Assembly (NCBI GenBank): GCA_038230375.1
Contig: JBBRNJ010000005.1
Location: forward strand, 32,001-96,000
Reading direction: 5' to 3'
DNA from: Polyangiales bacterium
GTDB lineage: Bacteria > Myxococcota_A > Polyangia > Polyangiales > Polyangiaceae
Length of the DNA stretch: 64,000 nucleotides
Positions 18,617 through 28,679 of the stretch are shown here, piece by piece. The notes under the pieces were generated by a model. The model was not told where the DNA came from and searched no databases. It saw only the letters and a program-made list of their open reading frames with translations. Position 1 is the first letter of the stretch. Each line of letters begins with the position of its first letter. The translations under genes were made by a program, and so were the position numbers.

Positions 18617-19778
18617 GAAACCTCTTCCCACCTTCGAGTCCGTCGAGGCAAAGGTCCACCGCGGCGAACGCCTCACGTTTGACGACGGCATCACCCTGTT
18701 TCGCGAGCCGAACCTGCTCAAGGTGGGCTTGCTCGCGAACTCCGTGCGCGAGAAGCGCCACGGCGACCGCACCTACTTCAACAAGAACATGCGCATCGAG
18801 GTGACGAACGTCTGCGTCGCCAGCTGTCTGTTCTGCTCCTTCGCCAAGCTGGAAGAGCACATGCCCGGCGCGCACACCATGACCACGCAGGAGGCCTGGA
18901 AGGAGCTCGAGGATCGCATGGCCGACCCGCCGAGCGAGGTCCACGTGGTCAACGGCCTGCACCCCGGATTGCCGTTCACCTACTACGAGGAGCTGCTCCG
19001 CGGGTTCAAGCGCATCAAGCCCGACCTGCACCTGAAGTGCTTCACGGCGGTGGAGATCCACTTCTTCGCGGAGCTCTACAAGATGTCCTACGAGGAGGTT
19101 CTCACGAAGCTCCGTGCGGCGGGGCTCGACAGCCTGCCGGGGGGCGGCGCGGAGATCTTCCACCCGGAGGTGCGCACGCGCATCTCCAACGACAAGGCGA
19201 CCGCGGATCAGTACCTCCAGATCCATCGCGTGGCGCACAAGATGGGGATGAAGACGAACACGACGATGCTCTACGGGCACATCGAGACGTTCGAGCACCG
19301 CGTCGATCACATCCTCCGCGTGCGCGCCCTGCAGGACGAGACGGGTGGCTTCCAGGCGTTCATCCCGCTCGCCTTCCACCCCGATGGCAACGGCATGAAG
19401 AACCTGCCCGCGCCCACCGCCGTGGACGACCTGCGCACCGTCGCGGTGTCGCGCCTCATGCTCGACAACGTCGAGCACATCAAGGCGTACTGGGTCAGCA
19501 TGACGCCGGACGTCGCGCAGATCGCGCTCTCGTACGGCGCGGACGACATCGACGGCACCATTGTCCACGAGACCATCTACAAGGCGGCAGGCAGCACGTC
19601 GCCCAGCGGGCTGTCGTACGATGAGCTCGTGCGCCTCATCCGCGAGGCGGGTCGGACCCCCATCGAGCGCGACACGTTCTACAACGTGGTGAAGGAGCAC
19701 GCGAAGAGCGCCCTGCCCGAGGCCGCGATGAAGGTGCGTGACCGGAAACAGAACCGCCACCTGGAGGTGCTGTCATGA
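18606..19778 (+). CDS. mqnE: Aminofutalosine synthase MqnE (radical SAM)
   Basis: TNVCVASCLFCSF, EVHVVNGLHP, TAVEI, PGGGAEIF, TMLYGHIE, HIKAYW. Confidence 0.92.
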   Translation: MQTEKPLPTFESVEAKVHRGERLTFDDGITLFREPNLLKVGLLANSVREKRHGDRTYFNKNMRIEVTNVCVASCLFCSFAKLEEHMPGAHTMTTQEAWKELEDRMADPPSEVHVVNGLHPGLPFTYYEELLRGFKRIKPDLHLKCFTAVEIHFFAELYKMSYEEVLTKLRAAGLDSLPGGGAEIFHPEVRTRISNDKATADQYLQIHRVAHKMGMKTNTTMLYGHIETFEHRVDHILRVRALQDETGGFQAFIPLAFHPDGNGMKNLPAPTAVDDLRTVAVSRLMLDNVEHIKAYWVSMTPDVAQIALSYGADDIDGTIVHETIYKAAGSTSPSGLSYDELVRLIREAGRTPIERDTFYNVVKEHAKSALPEAAMKVRDRKQNRHLEVLS

Positions 19779-21739
19779 GCGACATCATTCGCGACGCAGC
19801 GCCAGGCGTCGTTCGCATCTCGAGTGTCGGGTACCTGAATGCGCGCCCCCTGGTGCAGGGGCTCGCGGAAGACCCGCGTTTTACCCTGGATTTCGCGCTC
19901 CCTAGCGAGGTCGCACGCCAGCTCGCCGAGGACGAAGCGGACGTTGCGCTCATGCCCGTCGCGGCAGCAGCGACCATGGGTGACGTGCGCATCGTGCCAG
20001 GCATGGCGATCGGCTCGCGAGGTCCCGTGCGCAGCGTCGCGATCTTCGGCGAGAAGCCCGTGGAGGAGCTCACCGAGGTCTGCCTGGATCTGTCGTCACG
20101 CACGAGCGTCGTGCTCGCGCGGCTCCTGCTGGCGAAGCGGAACCCCAAGGTTCGCTTCCTGGGAATGAAGGAAGCCGACGCGCGAAAGAACATCAGCGGC
20201 AGCCGCGGCGCGCTCATCATCGGTGATCCTGCCCTCACGATCGAAGGCAAGTACCCGCACGTGCTGGATCTGGCGTCCGCGTGGCGCGAGGTGACCGGCC
20301 TCCCCTTCGTATTCGCGGCATGGTGCACGCGCGGAGAAGCGCTCACCGCCGACCACGCGCAGGCATTCCTGGACGCAAAGCGCCGCGGAAAAGAAGCCTC
20401 CCGCGCGCTCGCAGAAGCGCACGCGAAGGCCACCGGCCTCGACGTCGCCTCGCTGGAGTCCTACCTGGCCAACGCCATCTCGTACGAGCTGGGCGAAGAA
20501 GAGCTCCACGGCCTCCAGCGCTTCTACGACGAAGCAGCAAGAGCCCACCTCCTCCCCAAGACAACAGTCACCCTGTTCAAGTCGGAGTCGATGTCGAAGT
20601 CGAAGTCGAAGTCGGAGTCGATGTCGAAGTCGGAGTCGATGTCGGAGTCGATGTCGTCGTCATCCCGGCCTTCCCTCGACACGCTCCTCATGCGCGCCGC
20701 AGCAGGTGACCGCCTCTCCATCGCCGAGGGCCTCCGCCTGAACGCAGACGCATCACTCTTCGACCTGGGCCTCGCCGCCGACGCCGTTCGCCAGCGGCGT
20801 CATCCAGACGGCGTGGTCACGTACATCGTGGATCGCAACGTCAACTACACCAACGTCTGCACCACCAGCTGCCGCTTCTGCGCGTTCTATAGGCCCGTGG
20901 GACATCCGGAGGGCTACACGCTCTCGCGCGAGGTCCTCGGCAAGAAGCTGCAAGAAGTGGTGGACGCCGGCGGCGTACAGATCCTGCTGCAAGGCGGACT
21001 GAACCCCGAGCTGCGCATCGGCTGGTACGAGGACCTCTTCCGGTGGATGAAGAGCGAGTACAAGCTCGGGCTCCACGCGCTGTCCCCGGAGGAGATCCTC
21101 TTCATCGGGCGTCAAGAGGACATGAGCGTGCGCACGGTGCTCGAGCGGTTGCACGCGGCAGGCCTGGACTCGGTCCCGGGTGGCGGCGCGGAGATCCTCG
21201 TCGATCGCGTTCGCCGCAAGATCGCCAAGACCAAATGCACGAGCGAAGAGTGGCTCGGCGTGATGCGCACGGCCCACCAGATGGGCCTGCGCTCCAGCGG
21301 CACCATGATGTACGGCACCACGGACACGGCGCGCGACCGCGTGCTGCACCTGGGCAAGCTGCGCGATCTTCAGGACGAGACCGGCGGCTTCACCGCGTTC
21401 TTCTGCTGGGATTTCCAGTACGAGACGGGCACGAAGATCGCGCCCGGCGAGAACGGCACGCTCCTCTATCTCCGGCAGCAGGCGCTCGCGCGCATCATGC
21501 TCGACAACTTCGATCACATCGGCGCCAGCTGGGTCACGCAAGGACCAGAGGTCGGTCAGGTCGCCCTCCGCTTCGGTGCGGACGACTTCGGCAGCGTGAT
21601 GTTCGAGGAGAACGTGGTCTCCAGCGCAGGCACCACGTTCCAGATGAACGCCGGCACCATGGAAGAGCGCATCCACGCCGCAGGCTTCAAGGCGGTCCGT
21701 CGCAACGTCCGCTACGACTGGCTGAGCGAGCCGTTCTGA
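19775..21739 (+). CDS. mqnA-mqnC: Fused chorismate dehydratase MqnA / cyclic dehypoxanthinyl futalosine synthase MqnC
   Basis: N-terminal VGYLNARPL, SRTSVVL, LIIGDPAL, GLPFVFAAW (MqnA); C-terminal DRNVNYTNVCTTSCRFCAF, LLQGG, SWVTQG, EENVVS (MqnC). Confidence 0.9.
   Translation: MSDIIRDAAPGVVRISSVGYLNARPLVQGLAEDPRFTLDFALPSEVARQLAEDEADVALMPVAAAATMGDVRIVPGMAIGSRGPVRSVAIFGEKPVEELTEVCLDLSSRTSVVLARLLLAKRNPKVRFLGMKEADARKNISGSRGALIIGDPALTIEGKYPHVLDLASAWREVTGLPFVFAAWCTRGEALTADHAQAFLDAKRRGKEASRALAEAHAKATGLDVASLESYLANAISYELGEEELHGLQRFYDEAARAHLLPKTTVTLFKSESMSKSKSKSESMSKSESMSESMSSSSRPSLDTLLMRAAAGDRLSIAEGLRLNADASLFDLGLAADAVRQRRHPDGVVTYIVDRNVNYTNVCTTSCRFCAFYRPVGHPEGYTLSREVLGKKLQEVVDAGGVQILLQGGLNPELRIGWYEDLFRWMKSEYKLGLHALSPEEILFIGRQEDMSVRTVLERLHAAGLDSVPGGGAEILVDRVRRKIAKTKCTSEEWLGVMRTAHQMGLRSSGTMMYGTTDTARDRVLHLGKLRDLQDETGGFTAFFCWDFQYETGTKIAPGENGTLLYLRQQALARIMLDNFDHIGASWVTQGPEVGQVALRFGADDFGSVMFEENVVSSAGTTFQMNAGTMEERIHAAGFKAVRRNVRYDWLSEPF
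20581..20658 (+). repeat. Hexamer tandem repeat (GTCGGA/GTCGAT/GTCGAA) x12-13 encoding the SKSKSESM linker
   Basis: Directly visible: gtcgga gtcgat gtcgaa gtcgaa gtcgaa gtcgga gtcgat gtcgaa gtcgga gtcgat gtcgga gtcgat gtcgtc. Confidence 0.9.
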
Positions 21740-21758
21740 GGCGCGCAATACGGGGAAT

Positions 21759-23003
21759 ATGCACGCAACTATCCTCCACGCAGATGGCCTGATTCGCGGA
21801 GATCTCGGCGATCTCCTCGACGCGGCCGTCGTGCTGGATGAGGCGCATCGCGTGCTCGACGTAGGCCCCGCCGGCGAGATCCTTCCGCGGCACGCAGGCG
21901 CGAAGATCACGAAGGTCCAGGGCGTCATCGCGCCGTTCCTGGTCAACGCGCACACGCACGTCGAGCTGTCCGCGCTTCGCGGCAAGGTGCCGGGCGGCCA
22001 CGGCTTCGTTCCGTGGGTGGACAAGCTCGTCACGTCGCGCCCGTTCATGACGGAAGAGGACGAGAGCGAAGGCATCTACTCTGGCGTCGCGGAGCTCGCG
22101 CGCGCGGCCACGTCGGCCGTGGGCGAGGTGACCAACGGCCTTGCCGCGGCGCGTGCCCTCTCCGCCGAAGGCATGTCCGTCATGCTCTTCCACGAGATGT
22201 TCGGCGTGCTCGAGGAGCCGGCCGTGAAGGCCGCACATGAGCTGCTCGACACCGCCAGGAAATGGCGCGCGGACATCGCGGCGGAGCCTGGCCTGCGCCG
22301 GGTGCGCCACACGCCTTCGCCCCACACGCTGTACACCACGCACGCAGCCGCGGTCCGCATCCTGTGTGATGCCGCGCGCGATGCAGGAGCGCGCGTCACG
22401 ATCCACCTTGCCGAACATCCTGCCGAACGCAGCGCGATCGAGCTGGGCTCCGGGCCTTCCGTCTCGTGGATGCAGTCGCGCCTGAAGATCGCCGAGTCCG
22501 CGTTCAGCTTCCCGCGTCGCCCGCTCTTCGACGTGGCCGCGGAGCTGGGCGTCCTGCGCGACAACACGCTGCTCGTGCACCTGACCGACGCAAAGCCGCA
22601 AGAGCTCGCGCGCGTGCGTGACGCGGGCGCGCATCCGGTCCTCTGCCCGCGGTCGAACCTCTTCATCGAGACACGCCTGCCGCCGCTCCTCACCATGCTG
22701 GAGCTGGGCCTGGAGCCTGCCCTGGGCACGGACTCGCTCGCGTCCAACGCATCGCTCGACGTGCTGATGGAGGCGCGCGCGCTCCGCGATCGCTTCTCCG
22801 GCGTGGACGCGTCGCGCCTCCTGCGCATGGCCACCTGGAACGGCGCTGTTGCGCTTGATTTCCCGGGTCTTGGTCGCATCGCGAAGGGTGCGTCGCCAGG
22901 AATCTTCGCGGTCTCCGGCGATCTCGCGGGCGCGTCGCCCTCTTCCTTCCTGCTCAACCACACAAGCGCCGCGCGGGAAAAGCTCGCGCCTCCGAACCCT
23001 TAA
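21759..23003 (+). CDS. Amidohydrolase, probable aminodeoxyfutalosine deaminase
   Basis: NAHTHVELS, SPHTLYT, IHLAEHPAE, CPRSN, LGTDSLASN; lies within the mqn cluster. Confidence 0.8.
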   Translation: MHATILHADGLIRGDLGDLLDAAVVLDEAHRVLDVGPAGEILPRHAGAKITKVQGVIAPFLVNAHTHVELSALRGKVPGGHGFVPWVDKLVTSRPFMTEEDESEGIYSGVAELARAATSAVGEVTNGLAAARALSAEGMSVMLFHEMFGVLEEPAVKAAHELLDTARKWRADIAAEPGLRRVRHTPSPHTLYTTHAAAVRILCDAARDAGARVTIHLAEHPAERSAIELGSGPSVSWMQSRLKIAESAFSFPRRPLFDVAAELGVLRDNTLLVHLTDAKPQELARVRDAGAHPVLCPRSNLFIETRLPPLLTMLELGLEPALGTDSLASNASLDVLMEARALRDRFSGVDASRLLRMATWNGAVALDFPGLGRIAKGASPGIFAVSGDLAGASPSSFLLNHTSAAREKLAPPNP

Positions 23004-23016
23004 GATCTCGCCGCCC

Positions 23017-23892
23017 ATGATGCTCGCAAAGAAGCTGCGCACGTACTCGGAGCTCGTCTCCTTCTCCCACACCATCTTCGCGATGCCCTTTGCGGCGAGC
23101 GCCGTCGTGCTCTCGCTGGGCGTGCCGCACGAAGACCTGTCCGTGAAGAAGGTCGCTCTCATGATCGTCTGCATGGTCGCGGCGCGCACCAGCGCCATGG
23201 CGTTCAACCGCTGGGCGGACCGCGACATCGACGCAGAGAACCCGCGCACCAAGCTGCGGCACATTCCAAAGGGTGAGGTCTCTGCGAAGGAGGGCCTGCT
23301 CCTTGCGCTCGGGTCAGGCGCGGTGTTCTTGCTCTGCGCGTCGCTCATCGGCTTCTGGCCCATGGTGCTGGCGCCTGTCGTCCTCGCGGTGCTCCTCGGG
23401 TACTCGCTCGCAAAGCGCTTCACCTGGGGCGCGCATGCGTGGCTCGGCGTCGCGCTCTCGCTCGCGCCAGGCGGCGCGTGGATCGGCATGGGCGCCGCAC
23501 CGTCGTGGGGCATCCTCTCGCTCATGGGCGGCGTGGTCACGTGGCTCTTCGGGTTCGACGTCCTCTACGCGCTCCAGGACGAAGCGTTCGACAGGGGCAA
23601 GGGCCTGCACTCCGTGCCTGCGCGCTTCGGTACGAAGGGCACGCTCGTACTGTCAGCGCTCGCCCACGTGCTCACCATCACGGGCTTCGCGTACGCAGGG
23701 ATCGCCCTGCATCGCGGCGCCCCGTATTTCGTCGGCGTTGCGGTGTGCGGGTTGCTCCTCACGTACGAGCATCTGCTGGTCGGCAAGGGCAACCTCGCCA
23801 AGATCAACAAGGCGTTCTTCGACATGAACGCCTGGGTGTCGGTTGGCTTCTTCGCGCTCACGCTGACGGACGAATTCCTGCGCCGCCGGTGA
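23017..23892 (+). CDS. ubiA: UbiA-like polyprenyltransferase (MqnP)
   Basis: FSHTIFAMPFA, ARTSAMAFNRWADRDIDAENPRT, YSLAKRFT, GFDVLYALQD, AFFDMN. Confidence 0.88.
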   Translation: MMLAKKLRTYSELVSFSHTIFAMPFAASAVVLSLGVPHEDLSVKKVALMIVCMVAARTSAMAFNRWADRDIDAENPRTKLRHIPKGEVSAKEGLLLALGSGAVFLLCASLIGFWPMVLAPVVLAVLLGYSLAKRFTWGAHAWLGVALSLAPGGAWIGMGAAPSWGILSLMGGVVTWLFGFDVLYALQDEAFDRGKGLHSVPARFGTKGTLVLSALAHVLTITGFAYAGIALHRGAPYFVGVAVCGLLLTYEHLLVGKGNLAKINKAFFDMNAWVSVGFFALTLTDEFLRRR

Positions 23893-23899
23893 GTGCGGC

Positions 23900-25315
23900 T
23901 CATCGCTTCGGTGCGGCCTGGTCGATTCGCGCGCGAAGAGCGCGTATCTCGGCGAGCGTGCGCGGACGCGGGAGCCGCAGGTCGAGGCCGAAACCGGCGT
24001 ACTCGGCGGTCGTGTAGTGACGGATTCGAAAGCCATCCTCGGCGCGCGTATGCGGCTTCTTCTTCCTCCGCTTCGCGTTGCTTCGCATCCGCAGCCCGGC
24101 GGCGATCTCGCGGCGCGCGGCCCTGGCATCGCCGCAGGCGAGCAAGGCCCACGCAAGGTCGGCGTGATGGCTCGCTTCAGTCGGCTCGAGCCGCACCGCG
24201 GCGCGCGCATGCAAAAGCGCGGTCGCTGGCGGCGCGACCTTGGTCGACAGGATGAAGCGCGCGCATACGACGTGCGCGTTCTGGTCGTGCGAATTCTCCT
24301 TGGCAGCGAAGGTGAGATCGGCGAGCGCCGAAGCGTGGTCGCCGAGGAGCGCGTGAGCCTCGGCGCGGCAGATCAAGAAGTAGGCTTGCTTCGGATCGGA
24401 CTTCAGCGCGGCGGAGGCGTCGGGGAGGGCGGCACGCGCGTCTCCCTCCCAGAGCGCACAGATCGCGCGCGCATAGCGGGAATAGGTGGAATACGTCGCC
24501 GAAGTTCGCTCGATCTCCTCCGTGAGGTATCGCCGCGCGTTGGCCCAATCGCCGCGCCTGGCGTGGTGAAACGCGCGCTCCGACCACGCTGCCGGGTGGT
24601 TCGGCTCCTCCAGAAGGACGGCGTCGATCTCGCCGAGAAGCCTCGCCTCGTCGCCGATGAGCCGCAGGACTGCGAGACGCTCGCGATGAAGACCGCCCCG
24701 GTGGTGGCGTGTGCACCGAAGGGCCCTCCCGAATTCCAGGAAGGCTTCTTCGAGGCGGCCCATCTCGAGGAGAAGGCGAGCGCGCCCAGCGCGTGACAAC
24801 ACGTCCTTCGGATCAACGCCGACCGCGCGGTTGTAGTCCGCCAGCGCGAGCGCAAGGTCGCCGTGGGACATGTACTGGTCCGCGCGTCCTCGATAGTAGC
24901 CCACGTTCGTGGGCTCGAGAGCGAGCGCCTGCGTGTGGGAAGCAATGGCCTCCTCGTGCCACAAGCGAAGGAGGTAACCGTGCTGGTGATGCGCCGCCCC
25001 ACAGAGCGGATCGAGCTCGAGCGCCCGCTCCACGTTCATAAGGGCGGCCCGTTCGTCGCGCCAGAGCGTCTCCGATGCAAGATGCACGAGCGCAAGAGCA
25101 AGCTCACGCTCGGCCGCCGCCACGCGATCCTTCGGGCTCACATACGACGAAGACTCCTCTTCCTCCTCCGCCTCCTCGATGTGAGGATCGAGCTCTATGA
25201 CGACGTCGCCATCGCGCTCGTCGGCGACGTCGCGAGGTTCCCCGCCGTCGATCGCGAATAGCTTCGGCTTCGGCGGCTTCGCGCCTCCGCGGCTCTTCGA
25301 ATGGTCGTCGTCCAC
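23900..25315 (-). CDS. Tetratricopeptide repeat protein
   Basis: Repeated TPR motifs (ALELDP, ALADYNRAVGVDP, ALADLTFA). GTG start at 25315, 6 nt after TATGAT. Confidence 0.75.
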   Translation of the reverse strand: MDDDHSKSRGGAKPPKPKLFAIDGGEPRDVADERDGDVVIELDPHIEEAEEEEESSSYVSPKDRVAAAERELALALVHLASETLWRDERAALMNVERALELDPLCGAAHHQHGYLLRLWHEEAIASHTQALALEPTNVGYYRGRADQYMSHGDLALALADYNRAVGVDPKDVLSRAGRARLLLEMGRLEEAFLEFGRALRCTRHHRGGLHRERLAVLRLIGDEARLLGEIDAVLLEEPNHPAAWSERAFHHARRGDWANARRYLTEEIERTSATYSTYSRYARAICALWEGDARAALPDASAALKSDPKQAYFLICRAEAHALLGDHASALADLTFAAKENSHDQNAHVVCARFILSTKVAPPATALLHARAAVRLEPTEASHHADLAWALLACGDARAARREIAAGLRMRSNAKRRKKKPHTRAEDGFRIRHYTTAEYAGFGLDLRLPRPRTLAEIRALRARIDQAAPKR

Positions 25316-25371
25316 CTGGTGATCATACACCCATGCGACCAGACGTCCTCGTCGTGAGTATGATGGTTCCC

Positions 25372-26451
25372 GTGCGGCATGTTCACACCCTCGTGGCACT
25401 CGCAGCCGTAGTCGGTTGCAAGAATGGAGCGGACGCGACGCCGCTCGTCGCGCCGGGATCTGTCACGCTGATGACCCTCAACATCGCCAGCGGCGCTGGT
25501 GACCACTTCCGCACGGCGGAGAACCGCACAAAGCAGAGCGCCTTTGTCGCGCGATCAGGGGCGCAGCTGGTCGGGCTCCAGGAGGTGGACGTGGGGGTGG
25601 ACCGCTCCGGAAAGATCGATACGGCTGCAAGCGTCGCTGCCTCATTGGGGTTCGGGACCTGCACGTTCGCGGTCGACGCTTCTCCGCACATGAGCCCCGA
25701 CGGAACGCGCCTCACGCGTTGCACCGGTGGCTCCATCGTCTTCGGCATGGGCTTTCGCGCCGACGACCCGTTCGCAGCCGACGCCGCCGGCAACCCGAGC
25801 GGCATCATGGATAGTGACCCGTCGCTCAACCCGACCGGTGTCGATCGCAGTCCGGACGCCTTCTACGGCAACGCGCTCATCGTCAGCGCTCCGTGGGAAG
25901 TCGAAGCGACCTACACCGTCGCGCTTCCAATTGACGCTCTTGGTCCGAGCGCCCCCGCGGCGCTGCTCGAACGACTGGCGCAGGAAGGCCCGCCCGACGA
26001 CGCGATCGCCGCCCTTGCGGAGCACAACGTCGCCACGCGACGCCAGAGAGGCGTCGAGCCGCGCTCCGCCCTCGTGGTGCGCGTCCGCAAACCTGGGACG
26101 ACGGCGATCTCGGTCATCACGACACATCTCGAGTCGTCAGGATCGAGCGATCTGCGAAGAGCGCAGCTCGACGCGGTGGTCGCCATCGCGCGCGGCGAAC
26201 AGCGGAAGAGCAACCATGACGTGGCCGTGATGGGCGACTTCAACATGTCCGTCACCGATGCAGAGCCTACCCTCGCCGCCGCCGACTTCGTGCGCGCGAC
26301 GCCGCCAGAGGCGAACGCCGACATCGACCAGATGTGGATCGATCCGTCGCTCGTCGCTGACGCGACCAGGCGTGTGCCAACGGAGGGAGTGACGGATCAC
26401 GCGTTCGCCGCGCTGGCGACCGTCCGCGCAGATGGTAGCTCAAACCGGTGA
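25372..26451 (+). CDS. Endonuclease/exonuclease/phosphatase family lipoprotein
   Basis: Lipobox VVGC; MTLNI, GLQEVD, YGNAL, TTHL, MGDFN, IDQMW, TDH. Confidence 0.85.
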   Translation: MRHVHTLVALAAVVGCKNGADATPLVAPGSVTLMTLNIASGAGDHFRTAENRTKQSAFVARSGAQLVGLQEVDVGVDRSGKIDTAASVAASLGFGTCTFAVDASPHMSPDGTRLTRCTGGSIVFGMGFRADDPFAADAAGNPSGIMDSDPSLNPTGVDRSPDAFYGNALIVSAPWEVEATYTVALPIDALGPSAPAALLERLAQEGPPDDAIAALAEHNVATRRQRGVEPRSALVVRVRKPGTTAISVITTHLESSGSSDLRRAQLDAVVAIARGEQRKSNHDVAVMGDFNMSVTDAEPTLAAADFVRATPPEANADIDQMWIDPSLVADATRRVPTEGVTDHAFAALATVRADGSSNR

Positions 26452-27489
26452 CCTCGCCGCGGCCCACTCGGCGAGGGTGCCGAGCACCGACTCAGCGTGC
26501 CCCGCGGCATTGCGCTTCGCCCACGGCTCGAACTTCGAAAACGTCTGCGTGCCGCTCACCGGTCCCTTCGCATCGGCCGGATACGGTCCCGAGACCGCCG
26601 CGTACCAGGTCGGCCCCTTCGCCTTCTTGAACCGCCACACGTACAGCACGTTCGCGCCGCGGGTGAACGTCGCTCTCTTCTCGAGCGCCGCTGGCAGCGC
26701 GCCGAGCTCACTCGGATGCGCCAGCCATTGCGAGACGTCGGCCGCGGCAAAGGCGTCGAGCGTCGCGTGCGCTTTCGGAAAGCGCTTGCCGAACCCAAGG
26801 GCGTGCATCTGCTCGTAGAGTGGCACCCGCGTCTCAGGGTTCGCAGCGAGCCGCGCGACGATCGCGGGCAACACCTTTTGTTTCAAGCGCATCAGAGAGA
26901 TCGCCGCGAACGCTGCGACCCAGTCGTCCGAGAATGTCATGGCACGCTCGAGGCATGGGAGCACGTCTTTCGCGGGCAGCCACCCCGCGAAGTCGAGCAG
27001 CAGCGCGGTGAGCGCTCGCAGCTGCAAGAAGCCGTCGTCGGTCCTGGGCTTGCCGCGCTCCTGTTTTTCGAAATCTTCGACATTGGCTTCGAGCGCGCCG
27101 AGCAGATTCCCGGAGACACGTGCCAGCCCCTTGCGCGACACCTGCCCTTCGGCCACCGCGGTCAACAGGACGTTGCCCATGTCGATGAAGTCGCCAGTCG
27201 AATTGCCCGCCGCGAGCAACCACTCTGGAAAGTACTTGTCGGCCCACGTGGCGAGCCTGGGCAACTCCCAGTACAAGCGTTGGTACGTGCGTCTGGGCCA
27301 ACCGTGCGCGACCACGAGGTCGTTGAACGCTCTGGCGCTCTTCGCCGTGCCGATCGTGGCAAGGAGCGCAAGGAGCACGAGAAAGGCCAGGCGGACGGAC
27401 GCGCTGCCAGCTTCGTACTCGGCCAGCGCCAACGCCACGTGCGCCGGTTCGGGCTTGTCCCAGAGCTTCTGAATTTGCGTCTCGGTCAT
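26440..27489 (-). CDS. Hypothetical protein (helical-repeat-like)
   Basis: 349-aa ORF with coding-like composition, downstream of map on the same strand. Confidence 0.6.
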   Translation of the reverse strand: MTETQIQKLWDKPEPAHVALALAEYEAGSASVRLAFLVLLALLATIGTAKSARAFNDLVVAHGWPRRTYQRLYWELPRLATWADKYFPEWLLAAGNSTGDFIDMGNVLLTAVAEGQVSRKGLARVSGNLLGALEANVEDFEKQERGKPRTDDGFLQLRALTALLLDFAGWLPAKDVLPCLERAMTFSDDWVAAFAAISLMRLKQKVLPAIVARLAANPETRVPLYEQMHALGFGKRFPKAHATLDAFAAADVSQWLAHPSELGALPAALEKRATFTRGANVLYVWRFKKAKGPTWYAAVSGPYPADAKGPVSGTQTFSKFEPWAKRNAAGHAESVLGTLAEWAAARSPV

Positions 27490-27531
27490 ACACCTTGGTG
27501 TAACCGCTTGCCCAAGACACGTGAAGGCGAT

Positions 27532-28281
27532 TCACGCCGTCAGGATCTCGTGGCCGGTGGCTGTCACCAGCACCGTGTGCTCGAACTGCGCCGAGAGCGC
27601 TCCGTCGAGCGTCACGATCGTCCATCCGTCGTCCAGCGTTCGTACCTCCGCGCCGCCCAGGTTCACCATCGGCTCCACCGTGAGCACCATGCCTGCGCGC
27701 AGGCGTGGACCCGTTCCCGCTCTTGCGGTGTGCGAGACGTGTGGATCCTGGTGCATCGATCGCCCGATGCCGTGGCCGCCCAGCTCCGACACCACAGTGC
27801 ATCCTTCACGCTTCGCGATCTCCATGATCGCGCCGCCGATGTCTCCGAGCCGGCAGCCTTCGCGGATCACGCTGACGCCAGCGTCCCTGCACGCAAGAGC
27901 GACCGCGACCACGTGACGCGCCTCTTTGCACGGCTCACCGATGAAGAACGTGGCCGACGTGTCCCCGTGGAAGCCGCGGAGCTTGGTGGTCACGTCCACG
28001 TTCACGATGTCACCGTCAACGAGCACATCCGCGCTACTCGGGATGCCGTGACACACGACGTGGTTCCGGCTGGTGCATACCGCGGCAGGAAAGCCCTGAT
28101 ACCCGAGCTGGCTCGGCGTGCCGCCTCTCCGCTTCGTGTCCGCGCGCACCCATGCGTCGACGTCTGCGGTCGACACGCCCACGCGCAGACGCTCGCCAAC
28201 GTGCAAAAGCGTGCCCGCGGCCGCGCGCCCCGCCTCACGGAGTAGCTCGATTTCTCGGCCCGCGTAGATCTCGATGCCCAT
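27532..28281 (-). CDS. map: Type I methionine aminopeptidase
   Basis: [25 protein letters not shown]...HQDP, TVEPM, SAQFEHT. Confidence 0.95.
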   Translation of the reverse strand: MGIEIYAGREIELLREAGRAAAGTLLHVGERLRVGVSTADVDAWVRADTKRRGGTPSQLGYQGFPAAVCTSRNHVVCHGIPSSADVLVDGDIVNVDVTTKLRGFHGDTSATFFIGEPCKEARHVVAVALACRDAGVSVIREGCRLGDIGGAIMEIAKREGCTVVSELGGHGIGRSMHQDPHVSHTARAGTGPRLRAGMVLTVEPMVNLGGAEVRTLDDGWTIVTLDGALSAQFEHTVLVTATGHEILTA

Positions 28282-28367
28282 GCAGCTCTTCTACGGAGCG
28301 CGGACGCACGCGACCAATACCTTCTCGATCTTGGTGCGGGGATGGCGCGCTTTGCTATGGTCGAGGC

Positions 28368-28679
28368 ATGAGCCTCGCGCAGCTTCGCTACTTCAAGGTC
28401 GTCGCCGAAGAGGGCTCGGTCACGCGCGCCGCCACGATTCTCCATGTGTCGCAGCCGCCGCTCAGCCGACAGATGAGGGCGCTGGAAGACGAGCTGGGCA
28501 CGCCCCTCTTCCGTCGCAACGCGCGCGGCGTGTCGCTGTTGCCGGCGGGCGAGCGTTTCCTCGAACACACGACGCACATCCTGGCTCGCATCGACGCCGC
28601 GGTGGCCGACCTCCGCGCCAAGAGCGCGACCACCACGGACCTGGCGACTCCTGCGGGTGCGCGCGGCCTCACACCGTGA
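28368..28679 (+). CDS. LysR-type HTH-only regulator (103 aa)
   Basis: [44 protein letters not shown], then ends after the linker helix. Confidence 0.8.
   Translation: MSLAQLRYFKVVAEEGSVTRAATILHVSQPPLSRQMRALEDELGTPLFRRNARGVSLLPAGERFLEHTTHILARIDAAVADLRAKSATTTDLATPAGARGLTP

Noticed and set aside
20581..20658. Periodic repeat considered as a CRISPR array
   Set aside because: It has a 6-bp period with no unique spacers, lies in frame within a CDS, and there are no cas genes.
23900..28281. Possible genomic island (somewhat atypical codon usage by eye)
   Set aside because: No integrase, tRNA or flanking direct repeats seen, and I could not quantify the compositional shift.
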